Source of the DNA: Paraspadella gotoi
Lineage: Eukaryota > Animalia > Chaetognatha
DNA length: 63,412 bases
Direction: 5' to 3'
NCBI GenBank assembly: GCA_051294375.1
Contig: CM119268.1
Coordinates: 19,872,417 to 19,935,828 of the forward strand
Shown here: positions 1 to 10,512 of the stretch, in pieces
How positions within the stretch are numbered: position 1 is the stretch's first letter
How the letters are laid out: each line of letters starts with the position of its first letter
Notes under the pieces: model-generated
Database searches by the model: none
What the model saw: only the letters and a program-made list of their open reading frames with translations
What the model was told of the DNA's origin: nothing
Program-made: the position numbers and the translations under genes

Positions 1-604
1 TGGCTGTGACTTACCGTTTTTTTTTAAATAAAAATTATTATGAATTATGATAAAGTTTTACAAAAGTGTGCGATCATAGTAAGTTAAAAATTTAGATATG
101 GCTTTTCATCTTGAAAATAGCTGTGATATTTTCATATTACATTTGGATTTAAGTATTTTTTGTTTGAATTTCCACTTCATTATGATTTACTGCAATATGC
201 AAATGAGATTAAAGTACTCATTATAATATCCAAATTAGTATATAGAAATGCTTTAATCTAATTTACATATTGCAGTATATAATATTGAAGATGAAATTCA
301 AAATTTTTTTTAAAATTTTTAATAAAAATGGGAACTCAAGGATTTTTTAATGAGAAGCTATATCTTAATTTTAATACAAATAAAAATAAAATCTTTTACA
401 AGCTGTGATTGGAAAAAATTGGAAAAATTTCCAATTGTAAACAATTGTAACATATTTTTGCCTTTCTTTTATTTCTTTAAAAACCTATAAAAGCGTAGTA
501 GTTTTTATATATGAAAACAGCATGACGGACGACGACGACACAAAGAAGCAACCCTAAAACATTATAGAGCCTGACCCGGCTTCGCCGGTCAAGGCTCGAT
601 AAAA
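1..604. repeat. Dispersed hairpin-terminated repeat family (copies at 9222-9415, 30340-30900, 54370-54922, 58540-59096)
   Basis: Shared body and terminal hairpin GAGCCTGA(A/C)CCGGC-TTC-GCCGGT..AGGCTC followed by an A-run. Confidence 0.6.
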
Positions 605-1713
605 AGAGAGAGAGAAAGACAGCCGCTGCAGAGGTTTTTACACGAATAAGAAGCAGCAGCGACGGAGAAAAAGAGAGAGAGAGAGAGAGACATATAATTA
701 AAAGAGAGAGAGAGAAGCTGAACAGCCCCTTTACTCGTCCGGTAGCGCCAAAGGACTCGAGTCCGCGCCCTGCTGATTCACACAAGAAAAGCGAAAAAAA
801 AAGTTGAATAAAAAATTGTTTTTGTTAAAAAAAAAAAAAAAAAAAAAAGAGATGAGAGAGAAGAGAGAGAGAAAGAGAGGGATGAGAAGTATAAGAGAGA
901 GGAGAAGATGAGAGAGAAAGAATTTATGAGATGAGAGAGAGAGAGAGAGAGAGAGTGTTTTCCCGCCAACGGTTATCCGTTGCCTCGTTGTCCATCTGTC
1001 TGTCTGTCTGTCCGTCCGTCCCACCTTATCAAAAAACGCCAATTACTCGTGATTGCATGGATGGATTGGAATTGGAAGTGTCTGATTGAGCTGGATATGA
1101 AGTTTCGATGTAATCGTCCGAGTGGAAATGAGTTTAAATGGAAAAAACAAAAAAATATATTCACTATTTGAACACCAATTACTCATGAGTGGAAGGGGCG
1201 ATTAATCAAGTTTCGATGGAATCGTGGATGGGGCGATTGACATGAAATGTTGTATGTGGGTAGGAAAGTGTGTGATTAAGCTGGAAATCAAGTTTCAAAG
1301 AAATTGTCGGAGTGAAAATGAGTTTTAACAAAAAACCTGTTTTACTAATTGATTATGCTTTTTTTCTTTTTATATTAAATTAATTAATTATTATTAATTA
1401 ATTAATTACCGATAATGATCGTGGGCAGATCCGACATTGTTTGCTCAAACTTGTTTTTTGATTGACCAATCAAAGAGGAGGCTTCCCTCAGAAAACCGAC
1501 GGCAGAGAAACGAGAGAGAGAACTGGATCACTCTTCAACTTACCTTCAAGAAACTAACATTAAACTCCTTATGGACTTTCTGTTATATTGTTTATTGCCT
1601 ACCTTTTCTCTGCATAATCTACATATTTTGTATGTTTATTATCATCATACGTGTTCTTATGTCAATAAAACTCCTATTTCTCCCTTAATAAACCACGCTT
1701 ACTTCCTTTGTTG

Positions 1714-1766
1714 TGGTGGCAGCGGTTAGATTCGAACCCATGCTTCCGAAGAGACTGGTGCATTAA
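1714..1766 (-). pseudogene. 3' half of tRNA-Leu(AAG) with encoded CCA (retro-copied tRNA fragment or extended PBS)
   Basis: Minus strand reads TTAATGCACCAGTCTCTTCGGAAGCATGGGTTCGAATCTAACCGCTGCCA-CCA, resembling the Leu anticodon loop, long variable arm, T-arm and acceptor strand. No 5' half is present. Confidence 0.75.
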
Positions 1767-2158
1767 ATAATTTTATGCTGTTGAAAAAGAATCTTTTTTT
1801 AAAATAATCTTATGCTGTTAAAAAAGAATATTTTTGTTCAATTCTATGGGAGTTATAATATTCATTAAAACTTATTTACCGGCAAAAAAATATATTTGAC
1901 AATGAAATTAAATAACTCTTCCAAACTGCGACAATTTTTTTTCCATCGTTGTAGTTTTCGATTTGAAGCCTAAAGTTGTGAAATTTGATTTAAAGGCATA
2001 TACTATACAAATTTAAAAATAAACAGATTACACAGATCCCAAAACGCTATTTTTTTTTTGTTAAGGATTTAGGCGACTTATTCGCTATTTTTTGCGGTTT
2101 TATACATCATTGTGTACATTATTTGCATTGTACAAATCCGGATTATTTCATCCTCAAG

Positions 2159-5100
2159 GAACCGTGATCTCCCAAGCGAGAAAAGGTTCGACCGTCGCCT
2201 TCAACTTAAAACGTCATCTGTCCAGAAAGCACGCAGCAGAGCTCGAGGGAATCGAGGATGAGCCACACTCTTCCGCATCCACGTCGAGAGCGGTCTTAAC
2301 GACACCAACAACTTCGTCAACGACGCCACGGACTTCCAAGCCTAAGCCGACAAAGAGTTCCATATCGAAGAACCGAAAGTCGTTGGTTGAGACCGACAGT
2401 GAGACCGTTAAACGTGGAATCGTCTCCATGTGTGTGTCGGGCACGCCTCTAACCGTATTCGCTTCACCTGGGTTCGCGTCGGCTACTGGCGGCCTCCCCT
2501 ATGCTCTCGGCGTCGGCTTGGATTCGGCGGCGGTGCGTCGGTACGTCGAGGATTTTGCGAAAAAAACGGAGATGGAATTACGGCGTCGATTGAAGGACAA
2601 GATGGTTTATCTCATGATCGACGGCGCCTCTTCCGGCAGGCGTCTTTTTGTCTCCATCTCTTGCAGGGTTTGTCGCATTGAAAGGAACCATTTGAAAATG
2701 AACCGGAGCTATTTTAAAATGTGGAAAAGACCCAGTTTCTTTAAAAATGATTTTTTTTGTCCTAAATTGTATTATTTATATTTAATTGTATATAAATAAG
2801 AATTTTTTTTAATAATTAAACATTTTTCATAAGGTCGAAATTTGCATCTGCTTCTTGGGGTAATAATCGGAAATAAAAGTATAATTAGGAACAATATTTA
2901 TAGCTTATATGTTTTTTCAAACCTGTGAAGAGACAGTATTGTTATGTATTAGTGACAGAACCGTTCAATATAAGCAGTCCCTGAGCTTCGGATCAGGCTG
3001 TAACACCGAGTTACAGGCGGGTTCAGCGCCCCATCCCTCTTAACTGCCAGGCGACCACCGGGCTAGAACCCCGGACCTTTGGGTTGGGAGGCGAATGACT
3101 TGCCTCTGGCACCAATGGCAGCTGATGAACAGTTGGTGCATTTTAGTCCACCATACATCCCCCCCTCCCGTAGGAAGAAGTCTGTTGCGTCTCTTCAGTG
3201 AATTTTTGTTGGTGGAAAGTTCATTACCAAGTAGAGGCATGTCGCCTGATGTGTTGTGGGCAGAAAGTGTATCGCCAGGTTGAGGCATGTTGCCTGAAAG
3301 TGTTGTTGTTGCTGTTGTGTTTGGAAGTCGGGCTCACCAATGAAGAGACAGTAATTATTGTTATGTGTCAGTGACAGAACCGTTCAATATAAGCAGTCCC
3401 TGAGCTTTGGATCAGGCTGTAACACCGTGTTACAGGCGGGTTAAGCGCCTCGTCCCTCTTAACTGCCAGGCGACCACCGGGCTAGAACCCCGGACCTTTG
3501 GGTTTGGAGGCGAATGACTTGCCTCCGGCACCAACGGCCGCTGAAGAATGGTTGGTGGATTTTAGACAACCATACCTGTAATTGTACTTAACTTACTTTA
3601 ATGTATGAAAAAGGCTCAAAATTCGACACCCCTGTCTCTTGTCAGTTTTTGGAAGACGGCGCCGTGGTGGTAAAGACGCTCGGTGTGTCGTGCGTGTCCG
3701 GAGTGGCGAGTCGGTCCAGAGTTGGAGACGTCGCTGACATGATCCAGAACGCGCTCGTCAAGTTTGACGTGAGAAAAGAAAGAATCGTCGGGATGAGCGT
3801 GGACGATTCCATCGATTTAGGTAAGGTGGATTTGGCATTCACCTCCGCCTTGAATAATTAAGTAATTAAATCGGCTTGATATTTACATTTTGAGAAACCA
3901 CGTTAGGGTCTCATTTCATGAATTCACGATCTGTCGATTTGTTCATTATTTACACCTTTTAAAGAATGAAGTGTCTTGCGATCTCTACAAATGAAAGCCT
4001 TTCCAGTGAAATCTTTTTTAAAAGTTTGACTTTAATAAATTAAAGTGTTAATATAGATATTAATATATGTCGTTTTATTAATAAAAGATTCTGACGATTT
4101 GTTTTTTTCAATTTTGAAACCAACCATAATTTTTTAATTAAAATTGAATTTGATCAAATGGAAAATAGTTGCGTCTTTGGGAAAAGTATGTAATGTTGTC
4201 CTGTTTCAACCCAATAACCTGCCAAGTTTACTTAATTGAATAATTTTAGTCACGCACGGGAATGAAACGGCTTTGGAAATTGAAAGCAATCGTGGGCTGA
4301 GCGAGGATGAAGCGGAACGAATCGCCGTCGTCCACGACTTCGAACTCATTTCACTCGGCGCTCGATCCTTGCGTTTCGCTATAGAGGACGCGCTGAGAAA
4401 ACCAAATTGCTATAACTTGCTGAAAAAGGTGAAAAGTTCGGTTGTGAGGGCGTGGTTAAATCATTAAAAAAAACTTTTTTGATTAGTTATGTTTGTAAAT
4501 AGCTAGTGACAAAACCGTTCAACATAAGCAGTCACTGAGCTTCGAAACAGGCTAGAACGCCGGACATTTCGGTTGGCATTCGAATGACTTGCCTCCTGCA
4601 CCAATTGGCAATGGGCGCTGATGAACGGTTGGTGGATTTTACTCCAAAATAATTTATTTTTCTTTTTTTTTTAAGATTCGCGACTTCATCACAAGGACGC
4701 GTATCGTTCTGACTGTGATGAGAGAGACAAGCATTCACTCTCCTATTCTTGACAATGAGATGAAGTGAGTTTATTTTCGTTCGTGAATCCATTTACTCAA
4801 ATTATTAATTTAAATATTATTATGCCTGGTAGTTAAATAGTTCGCCCCTTTGTCCTCCAGCTGGACCACAACTTTTTCCATGCTGGAGCGACTGCTGGAG
4901 TCCAAACCTTACCTACACAACCTGGCAGAGTTCAACCCAGAACTTTACTTCTCCGCCGCCGATTGGACGAGCGCCGAGCGTCTGCACTCGATCCTCGAGA
5001 CGCCGATGAGCGCGACGGTCAAATTGAGGCGAGAGTCTCCATCTCCCGGCGATTTTTTTCGTCTCTGGAACGACGTCAAAGACTCTATAGCGTCGCTGGT

Positions 5101-7725
5101 CGAGGACGAAGAGGACCGACAATCTTTGGCGGAGGAAATCCTGTCCAGTCTCGAGTGGAGGGAGCGGAGGTGGCTGCTGTGCCCCGCGGTGCTCGGGGGA
5201 ATGCTGGGGGAGGGCAAAATGTTCGAGGATAGCCGACGAGCTGAAGCGAAGGAGGTAAAGAGCGTGTCTTGTTACTTTTAACTTTTCCAATTATTTTACA
5301 TTGATTTGATTTTACCTTAATTTGTACCGACATGCGTTAAGTTTTAAAGTTAAAAAAATACTTAACGCAAGTAAAATTAGAATAAAAATATAATATAATT
5401 AGGAAGCCGTTATAGAAAAAGAAGCCAGTGACTTTTTTCTTATATTTTTATATCGATAGATGTGGAATGACGGGAATATTGTAAATCTCAAGTTTCGCTT
5501 TAATCGGACCTCACATTGTGGAGAAATCTTAGGAAACCAATCAAAATTCCAACCCTTTTTTTCAACATTCTCGCCTTTTAAGATTTTTGCCGATTCTGAC
5601 TTCCTCTTACAAACTTATAATTCCGCTAGTTAATTTTTTTTCTTAAACGAGCGAAGGGAATCCACAACTTTCTGTTATTTTATGATTTCTGGGTAAAAAA
5701 TATAATAAATTATATTAACATTGGGATATTATGAAAGTATAATGTCTTGTGAAGCCTGTGAGAGTTAAATAATTAAAAAATTTGCCTATTTTATTATTGA
5801 AAAATGACAGTAAAGTGAAGAAGTTGAATGTCTTCCGGCTCATTTCAGTAAACATCCCTGTTCTCTAGCATAAAATAATGTTTACTTTTTGCTGGTGGAA
5901 AGAAAGATAAATACTTAGGCTGTGATGGGGTGAATAATATTTTGTAGAATTTTGTAAGCATGCTTGTAAAATCAGACAAGCAAATATTTAAGTGACAAAA
6001 AATTCACATTTTCTTTATCCAAAAAACTTTAAAGTTTTACTAGAGTACAATTTAGCCTTTTTTCTTTAAGAATCATTAAAAAGAATTAAATTTTCATTTA
6101 TTCTTATGGGGTGTCATTAGTTTTAAAATTCATTATAATTTTGACTCAGTTTGACACTCACCCTGTAAGGAGGTTTCAGCATAAGTAATTCTAAAATTGT
6201 ATCTTGTATGTGCCCTATGATTATGGCTTCATTTTGGTACTATTACCATCCCTTTATCTTTATTCCTTCAAAAGATATTAGGAAAATCAGTTTTTTTCTC
6301 AACCTTCCTTTTAATTTCTTTTTAAATAAAAATTTCGCGATTCAAACCGGACTATTTCATTTAAACCTAATCATTTTATGTCAAAATCATTATAAAATGA
6401 AAAAAGAAAAATAGGACAAGCTCTTCAGACACAAAGCTATCAGAATCGCGAAATTCGAAGTCGCTCATGTAACAGGAACATATAGCAATCCCGTTTGCAA
6501 TTTTAAGTTTGTAAACTTTCCCTTTCATTTCTATAGCAAAAATGAGGTTTGAAAATTCTCCGGAGATGAGTAGTGCATTTCCCCTGGCTTGTTTGATATT
6601 AAATCCTTTATCAAATGCCATAAAATGAATAGGACAAGCTCTTCAGATGCAACGCTCTCGGAATCGTGCGTTTTTACAAGTGTTTTTTAACCGAATTTCT
6701 GGCAAACGCGTTTGCAATTTGGGTAGTTAGATTTGAACGGAATTCTCTATTAGAAAAATGTTGAATTTTTTTTTAAGCGAGATTCTCGTCTAATATAATG
6801 CGTAGTCGTAGATATGTTCTTTTTATACGGTTGATCATTCTCGTGATCAATATCACGTTACCCCTGAAAGTGATTGTGATGACAATATCATGAGATATTA
6901 ATAAAATTTTAGCAGCATTTTTCTTGTTGACTTTGTAGTAATCATTGTTTACTTCAGATGCTGCTAGATTTGGCGACGAGGGTAACGAGCCTAAAGGATC
7001 TCGACTCGGAGCGCGAAGAACACCTCTTCAAGGTCGAACCTTTGGAGGATATGCTCTGCGATCAGAAAGCCAATGCAGCTGATGAAGACTCTCTCAAGAA
7101 TCTCGTCAAGAAAGAACCCGACGAAGGAGACTTTATCTTCGCGGCTTCAAACTGTAGGAAGAGGGAAGTTAACATAGTTGAGGTAAAAATTAAGTAGATT
7201 CTTAGTTATGTTGTACATGGCGACATGCATACAATGTATAACATACACATATACAAACAATGTACATGCATCACTAGTTAAATATTAAAATACTTTGATT
7301 TATAATATTTTTTTCTTTATCTTTGAAAAAAGATTTATTTATAATTACTTATAATAACGATTTAACAATTTTGTTTAATTTTGCATAACATGCGTTCCTG
7401 TTACAACCCACAGAACGGGAGAAGCTTGCTGAAGGATTTCGGCAAGGTTTCTTGTCTTCATCAGAAAAGAGTCGAATTGACGTCGTCGATGTCAGTACTA
7501 ATCGACAAATTGACTGAAGGCGTTAGGAACGATTTCGATCCTGAAAAACAATTGCAAGGAAAGACCGTCGTCTCGGAGGCATTGCGAGAGGCAATGAAGA
7601 TCGCCACACTAGTGCCGACCTCTCATGTGTCCGGGAAGAAGCTGTTCCAAGGTCTGGAATATCTGACATTTTCTATGAAGGATGACTTTTTAAATGTTTT
7701 TTTGTTTCTTCGCATGAATGCTTAG
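2159..7725 (+). CDS. Multi-exon BED-finger/hAT-transposase-derived (ZBED-like) gene, probably catalytically dead. Exons 2159-2667, 3646-3820, 4250-4428, 4676-4764, 4861-5254, 6958-7182, 7414-7725; the 5'-most exon was not identified
   Basis: All six introns are GT..AG and phase-compatible (0,1,0,2,0,0), giving one open frame. Motifs: BED second half 'FNLKRHLSRKH'; 'YLMIDGAS' (D1); 'GMSVDD' (D2); 'PILDNEMNWTTTFSMLERLLE' (hAT RW motif); hATC-like C-terminus 'VPTSHVSGKKLFQGL..FLFLRMNA'. AATAAA at 7743. Confidence 0.8.
2974..3047 (-). ncRNA. Putative type-P5 twister ribozyme in the 3' LTR
   Basis: GCAGUU-AA-GAGG-GAUGG-GGCGCU-GAA-CCC-GC-CUGUAAC/GUUACAG-CCUGA-UCCGAAGC-UCAGG-GACUGC. The cleavage-site U is replaced by G and T1 contains a G-U pair. 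Confidence 0.6.
3051..3122 (-). promoter_or_regulatory. tRNA(Gly)-like head of the LTR, putative internal Pol III promoter (also at 3470-3541 and 42197-42268)
   Basis: 72 nt. Acceptor-like GC(G/T)GCCA...TGGTCGC; A-box-like TGGTGCC(A/G)GAGG; TCGCCTCCCA resembling the Gly-CCC anticodon region; T-arm CCGGG-GTTCTAG-CCCGG (B-box-like). Confidence 0.65.
3393..3466 (-). ncRNA. Putative twister ribozyme in the 5' LTR, T1 pseudoknot degenerate
   Basis: Same architecture with an intact UAA site, but L4 is UCCAAAGC and L1 is GACGA, which disrupts T1 pairing. Confidence 0.45.
4486..4651 (-). mobile_element. Degenerate solo LTR of the same TRIM family with most of the twister deleted
   Basis: Shares agtgaca-aaccgttcaa, aagcagtc-ctgagcttcg, ggctagaac, gaatgacttgcctc and ctgatgaacggttggtggatttt. 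The deletion joins at a GGCT microhomology. Confidence 0.7.
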
Positions 7726-8562
7726 TTATTTAACCTGTATTGAATAAAAGTTGTTCTTTCAAAAATGTTGGTTGAAGGACATATTGGCCAACGAAGATAT
7801 CCCTCGGTATATTTTTGAAAAAAGAGTGGAAAACTTTTTAGTAACCAGATTAATCATAAAAGTAAATTGTAACGAACTACAGCGAACATGAATTGTGTTT
7901 TTGTCCACATGTGGCGAACAGTCACTTAAATTATTTGACTCCAAAGTTCAGATGAATAATAAAATATTCTCCAGAACAAAAGTTTTATTTGTTCATTAAT
8001 AAAAACAAACCATAATAAAATAATCAAAGCATATACATATTCTGGCTGATTTTACCGGTAAGCAATCACAATATCTATATTACACAATATTGTAAACAGT
8101 AACATAATACTAACATTAATATAAATAAACATTAGGAATTCAATAAACATCAACAAATAAAGAATTAACAATGAAAATATAGATAACAATAAGTTAAATA
8201 TGTTAGAAGTCTCGAGATCGAATCTCGGCGATGAATCTTTTATTTACATTGATTATTAATTATTTTAAGTTTATAAAAATATTAAATTCTCATAGGAAAA
8301 TGTCGCATTATACGAAACAGCTAATCACCCATGAGTGGATGAAAACCCTACACATAAATGTCGATGCTCAACTGTTTCTTACGTCTTTGCCAGAGCGGCA
8401 TCTATTGAGACATCTAGATATCACAATCATCAACATGCTGTCATTTGTTAAAATTTGGGACAATTATCGCTCGCCTAATTTTAACGGTTGATATAAAAAG
8501 CCAAAACTAATTTTATCAATAATTTTTTTTTCTATTATTTTATCGCAAGCTTTGCTTTTGAA

Positions 8563-8780
8563 ATTGGTACAACCAATATAAAAATTATCCATTCATTTAA
8601 TGAATAAGCTATCTTGCCCCTGACTTTGGACAGGCTTTGGTGGTTTAAGGCCTCCATCACTCTTATAAGATAATGACATAACAGGTCCCTGCAAGGTTTC
8701 AATCAAGACTCTCTCACAGTCTCGTTTATTCACTCCCAGAGTACCTGGCTTCCCTATCAATGAAGTGGTATAATATTTAA
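8563..8780 (-). repeat. Unclassified dispersed repeat (copies at ~39215-39321, 42930-43035, 61612-61810)
   Basis: Shared gtgatggaggccttaaaccacc..aagatagcttatt..ttggttgtaccaatttc. Confidence 0.6.
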
Positions 8781-9185
8781 AGGAATGTTTCAATTGTATG
8801 AAAAGACCACTCCCTTATCCCTCCTCTATTATTTCTTATCTTGTCTTTTTATTCATATATCTATCTTTCCTATTTTTTCCCTCCTCTCTCTGTCTCTTTT
8901 AGTCTTTCGTCATTTCTTCCTTATCTCTTTTCTTTATCATTTCCTCCTTTCCTTTATTTCTGTTTTCATTTAAAAATCATTATCATTCGCCCTCCTTTTC
9001 GATTTCATTTATTTAAAAATATTTTTCCTTTTCTTCTTTTCTACGTCTTCATTTTCTCTGCTCTTTATTCGTATCCAAGGCCTCTCTTTTTCATTCTATT
9101 CATTCCTTTTCTGTTGATGGGATTTGGAGAAGTTCGCGACTCTCTCTTCTTTTTACCTTCTCATTCTTTCTTCTTTCCCTTTTAC

Positions 9186-9523
9186 TAGGACTAAGCTCTG
9201 ACGAAAAAAGCCAGAGGTTTTTATCAAGCCATGACCGGCGAAGCCGGTTCAGGCTTGATATTCATTCTGGTGAGCTTCTTTGTGACGTCGTCGTCGTCGT
9301 CGTCGTCCGTCACGCTGTTTTTCTATATAAAAACTACTACGCTTTTATAGGTTTGGCTGTGACTTACCGTTTTTTTTTAAATAAAAATTATTATGAATTA
9401 TGATAAAGTTTTACATTTTTTTTTTATAGAAAGGAAAAGAGTTCGTCCCTACTCATATTCGTCGGGAAAATGAGTTCAGCTATGCAGGCGGCGGTCCAGC
9501 GGCGGTCCAGCGGCTGTCCAGCT

Positions 9524-9581
<58 letters not shown>

Positions 9582-9696
9582 TTTTTCCTTCTAAAAAACT
9601 TATTATCGCCATTTATTCCGCGCTTTTTTCTCAAAAAAAAAATTTTACCAAAATGGATGAATTCACTTTACCATGATCGTATCATATACATATATA

Positions 9697-9732
<36 letters not shown>

Positions 9733-10165
9733 TATACATATATATATCTCATAAATATAACATATCATATGTCAATAACCAAATAAAATATAAAGAAACA
9801 TTTTGAGAGCCCTTCAGACACTTAGCCAGAGGATTCCTGAATTTGACGTCATTTGTTCAGTCACGTTTATATCGTTTTCAAGGAAAAAAAAATTTATATT
9901 CCTATATAAAATCAGAGAAGGATAATTTTCTGATACCGAAGCAGTCTATTTGTTGGGGCTTGTTTGATATCAAAATGTTGATGATTTGACAAGAGGAAAA
10001 AATACGAGCTCATCAGATGCAACACTGTAGGAATCGAGCGTTTTTACTTCTATGTTTTACCAGAATTTTAAGTTTGGTAGTCAGATAAAGTTTGGTAGTC
10101 AGATTCGAAAGAAAATCTCCGTTGAAAAAATCTTACTTAACTTCTAAGAGCGACGTAGTCTCCTA
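9186..10165 (+). mobile_element. Non-autonomous TIR element (TAGGA...TCCTA) with ~7-bp TSD and nested repeats
   Basis: Homologous to 31812-32496 (inverted). Flanks are cttttac / cttttcc. Confidence 0.6.
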
Positions 10166-10468
10166 CTTTTCCCGCCTCCCACTTTCTATACTTTCTTTTT
10201 TCCTTCTTAATTTTCTCTCTCATTTATTTTCCTCCCTCTCACTCTCAACCTCACTTTTTCTTTCAATATCCATCTCTCTCTCTCTCAACCCGTTTTTTCA
10301 GACTCAAGTCTTTATGTCGACTCAGAGAGATGCTAGATCTCAATATGATTTAGCCGACAGAGCTTACCCAGTCACCATCTCTGTAACAACGTAAGTTAGA
10401 ATCCCGCGTAACGTGCAAAACTCAAGTCGTCCAGTTTGGCATGTGCACCATAGAGAGAGAGAGAGAGA

Positions 10469-10512
<44 letters not shown>

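Larger units (their letters stand above)
2926..3574 (-). mobile_element. Non-coding LTR retroelement (TRIM, Helenus-like): 5' LTR 3341-3574, internal region 3158-3340, 3' LTR 2926-3157
   Basis: Two ~232-bp direct repeats. The 3' LTR runs TGTATGG...TCTCTTCA on the minus strand. PBS TGGTGAGCCCGAC (3327-3339) lies 1 nt after the 5' LTR. PPT GGGAGGGGGGGA (3158-3169) abuts the TG of the 3' LTR. CCTG is duplicated at 2922-2925 and 3575-3578 (the 5' LTR lacks its terminal TG). Confidence 0.85.

Noticed and set aside
2974-3005. Pistol or HDV-like ribozyme on the plus strand (CTTCGGATCAGG hairpin)
   Set aside because: No upstream P1 or pseudoknot partner; the opposite strand fits the twister core much better.
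3122-3150. Hammerhead at CTGATGA in the LTR
   Set aside because: No stem II followed by GAAA.
2926-3574. Simple tandem tRNA-SINE dimer
   Set aside because: PBS, PPT, TG..CA LTR ends and a 4-bp TSD, with no A-rich tail, indicate an LTR element.
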